Assembly (NCBI GenBank): GCA_002633005.1
Contig: NMRA01000113.1
Coordinates: 464,441 to 528,440, forward strand
Source: Phoronis australis
Lineage: Eukaryota > Animalia > Phoronida
Direction of reading: 5' to 3'
Length of the DNA: 64,000 nt
The notes beneath the pieces were generated by a model that was given only the letters and a program-made list of their open reading frames with translations, was not told the DNA's origin and did no database searches. Below are positions 60,501 through 64,000 of the stretch, piece by piece; within the stretch, counting starts at the first letter, position 1; each line of letters opens with the position of its first letter. The position numbers and the translations under genes were made by a program.

Positions 60501-63500
60501 GCCTGGCTTACCAGTACTACTAGCTAGTACTTAGTACTAGTAGTAGCCAGCCAGCCAGCTAGTTGAAGACTATACTCAAAATACAGCTAGAAATCACTGT
60601 GTGTTAAGTTCCAATAGATCTCGAAATTGCACACTGCCCGGGTACTTTGGGTAGTTCTTCTCATCACCTCGTTATGTAGACAATGACCATCGTCTCTGCT
60701 GGCGCAGGTCGTGGAGAACACTGTTAAGATGTAGAGCTAACAACCGGCAGAGGTGCATGCAAAAACTGGGAGGCAACGGACACCTTACTCGTTGCAACCA
60801 TTTAAGTGAAAAACAATCTAATAAGCGTCATTTCCTTAAATAATTCTGTGCATATTTTAACAAAGAAAAGTGTGTCGTCGTTTTGAAAACAGTATTTTTG
60901 TGGCACGTGCCATTTCTTAATTTTTTTGCGACATCTCTCGGGAGATGATGATAGCTTCGCAGCAGCAAAATTTCCTCTGAAATTCAGCTTGTTGGTATTA
61001 AACCAGGTACAATCTATTTATTACGACATGTCCGGAAGAACAGTTTATTGATGAATCGGCAAAAAAGAAACTGTCCAATAGGCGTCGCTTTATTTCAGGC
61101 GCTGAAAACCAACACATAAGATCGCTCCACAACTTAAGCAGCAGAATAACAATAGAATGCCAATTTTTCTTACACCAGTAAATAATTAGTTAATTCACGG
61201 AACAGTGTAGCTTTTAATGGCAATAACTTTGTGTCAGACTGTATTTGGCCAGTTGTTTACCGACATCAGATGACCCAACCAGTGTACGCCACGGGTACCT
61301 GACCAGCCAGCTGAGGGTCTATGTGTTGCCCAATCGAACTAGAGTATTGAATAAGCGACCGGAATAAAACCAATCACTGGCATTCGTGTTAATCATTCAG
61401 CTAATAGGTAGTTGCCCGTTACTTTGGTATTATAGTGGTGCTCATACATTGATTTACTGGAAGCAAATCTACAATATTCCCTCCTTTCCTTTGGAAAAAG
61501 CATGCCACCAGGATGGTGAACACCAGATTGTCTCGAATACAGCCCATAGACTTCCCTTGTGCTGCAGACATGCTTCCAGTGAATCATATGAGCCTTTGTT
61601 AGCGTAGTTACTATAGGCAACATGTAGCCCCTCGACTGGCTAGACAGAGGATAGGTTTACTCTCCATCAGTCTCTGTGTTAATTTTATCCCGTGTATTTT
61701 AAATGGATGGTAGGCCAACTCAGGTCACCAAATAAGAGGTTTTCATCTCATCAAAAATACATTGTACTCTTAAAATTGTCAATTAAAACTGTACTTACTT
61801 TCTTTAGTGATCCTTTCTGGTTCTATATATCTTCAACAAAGCTTGTCTAAAGGAATTAAGATGACTTTGCTGAAGAATTCCTACTCCACTTTTTTGGTCA
61901 CCATTTACTTTTTCACCGCTTGGGAAAACTACAAAGTATTTCAGTTAACGTTACGCAAGTTAGTCAAGGACCAGTGTGAAACTGAGCTTAGTAGCATCAT
62001 GCGAAGATATCCAGTGGAATTTGTAAGATTTGTGCCCTTTGCACTTTTCATCGTCAACATTCATGATTTCATGTAACTTCCTCTAAGTTGCGCTCGGTGA
62101 GGGAAGCTCGAGTGAACAGTGACAGATATTCATGGATGTGTTCAAATTATGTCTACTAAATTGTCTCCAGAATCATCTTTTGCGTTTATTCAACTCAATA
62201 TGTATATATGCATGTTTAATTTGATGTTATTCGCTCTGTTGTAAGATGAGTAAATTTTTTGGGGGGTATACTATCGGTGTACAAGGGGATGTAATTGCCG
62301 CTACTTGCTTATGGCAACTGCGTATTAGCTGGTTAGCACACTAAGGTTTAATAAACACGAGTGATGGCAGACTACCGTTATGTTGATTGACATGTCGAGA
62401 ATTTTCACTTGTTTAAAGCAATCCTTGAACTCCATTTGATTCGTGGTGTCATCTTGTGTTTTTAGGAATAGTGTCTGTCCATATTAAAGAAACATGATTT
62501 TACCACAGAACAAACCTAAACAATGATTTTCAAAGATTTCACTGCACTAGTTTGGGGCTTTTAAGATTTTGACCAAAGGAAAAGCAGAATGGTGGGTAAA
62601 CCTGAGTGTTCATGTTCAATATGAAAATGCTCAATGTGACTGTAGTTTGGAGACAAAACAATGGAAACTAGCTATGAAATATAAACTTAGAGTATACTGT
62701 GGTGCCAGCTCTCGAATTTTGATATTCAGATTAGAACTGTATTGTAATGGTATTCTGTATTGGGTGTAATAAAGTCTCTGTTGAGTCTGTTCTCAAGTGC
62801 TAATGTACATGAGAAACAATTGAACTAATGTGTTCTTTACAAAACGACAAAAGTATAATTATATTGATATGTCACCCACAGTTACTGACATTTGCTTTAA
62901 CTCTTAAAAGACTCAATTATTATCTTCATAGCCTCTACTGACGCTACAACATGACAGTTGGCTACAGATTAAAGAAGTCTTTTAACTGGAAATGGTTTGG
63001 TGGTCTGTCGCAGTGCCTGCATGCCAACACGACATGTTCTCAGCACACCCGCCATTTGTACAGCAAGACAGGACACTGGGTGACGACATATTTCTATATT
63101 TTTAGTCTCTAAAGCCACTAAAAACAATCTTGTGTCACAGAACTTTCTTCACAGGCATGTTTGCTTTTTCTGCTCATTGCCAGTGCATAGTTATTCTTTG
63201 AGTATTGGTTGTAAGAAACGACTGCAATTTGCTTAATGGACACATTGTTTTGTTGTAGCAAGCAACTTAAAGTTTTAGTGAGCACTGTGTAGGTAATATC
63301 TTCATGACTTTGGAACAACACATTTCACACAATCACAAAATAATGGCTAATAGTTTGATTTAATTTTGTGTCCCTTTTCAAAACATCATCTTAAGGCTTC
63401 ACTTTTGACAACCAATATCTCTACTGCTGCAGGAATATAAAAATTCAGACAAGGGTTCATTGGTCACAGACCATCAACTAAAGTGTTCAAAATTGGGAAA

Positions 63501-63632
63501 TCGATGTTCAAAACTGCTTATACCGTTGAAGATCAGAAAGCCTGAAAATGGACGATTAAGACTGGCCACATAATTATAATTATATTGGAAGTTGTTCCTT
63601 TGTGCATGGATAATGTGTTGGCAAAGTGATTT

Positions 63633-63763
63633 GAGTAGAATTATATATAAGTAGAATTATATATAAGTAGAATTATATATAAGTAGAATTATATATAAGT
63701 AGAATTATGTATAAGTAGAATTATATATAAGTAGAATTATATATAAGTAGAATTATATATAAG
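63633..63763. repeat. 16-bp minisatellite x8
   Basis: (AAGTAGAATTATATAT)n. Confidence 0.95.
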
Positions 63764-64000
63764 TTTAAACACTATAAACACTTTAGACCACTAGCTTTCG
63801 TTAATAATATTTTAGACCTTTCATTGCCATTCATATTGAATTTGATATTTTGGAAATCCAGCTTGACATCTTCAAACCTAGTTGAAATGAACATGGTTTT
63901 AGAGAATGATATTCTTAATTTGATTGTTATCTTATCTCCCATTCTCACCAATAAAATTTGAAGATGCTACTTATTGGACTGTTTTTACTATTTGTGAATG

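Noticed and set aside
60944-60980. ATGATGA...CTGA as a C/D snoRNA
   Set aside because: The boxes are under 40 nt apart, there is no terminal stem, and it is not in an identified host intron.
61100-64000. Additional gene right of RPL13 (ORFs at 61386, 61807 and 63118, and a possible exon near 63433)
   Set aside because: No recognisable protein motifs and no consistent exon chain.

Overview
Eukaryotic, AT-rich, intron-rich genomic DNA from an animal. The repeat content suggests a marine invertebrate, but the species cannot be fixed from sequence alone. Four protein-coding genes can be built by hand with GT-AG introns. (1) The 5' part of HECTD4 (minus strand, ATG 33002, about 38 exons, running off the left edge before the HECT domain). 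(2) A head-to-head, 3-exon, ~677-aa gene (plus strand, 33331-36958) fusing a Gcn5-like GNAT acetyltransferase, a coiled coil and a PARP-like ADP-ribosyltransferase domain with an atypical C-Y-E triad; this is the most unusual object in the window. (3) A MATCAP/KIAA0895-like tubulin carboxypeptidase (plus strand, 45880-52870). (4) RPL13 (minus strand, with a 5'TOP/TCT start). Introns and intergenic DNA hold decayed Penelope-like, Hero-like and LOA/I-like retroelements, a large EnSpm/CACTA-like insertion, MITEs, tRNA-derived SINE-like heads, a multi-copy hairpin-terminated repeat family and minisatellites. Four tandem duplications in HECTD4 copy a splice junction. Two near-identical duplications joined by a single N are probably assembly artefacts. 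All family assignments come from recalled motifs; no database search was run.
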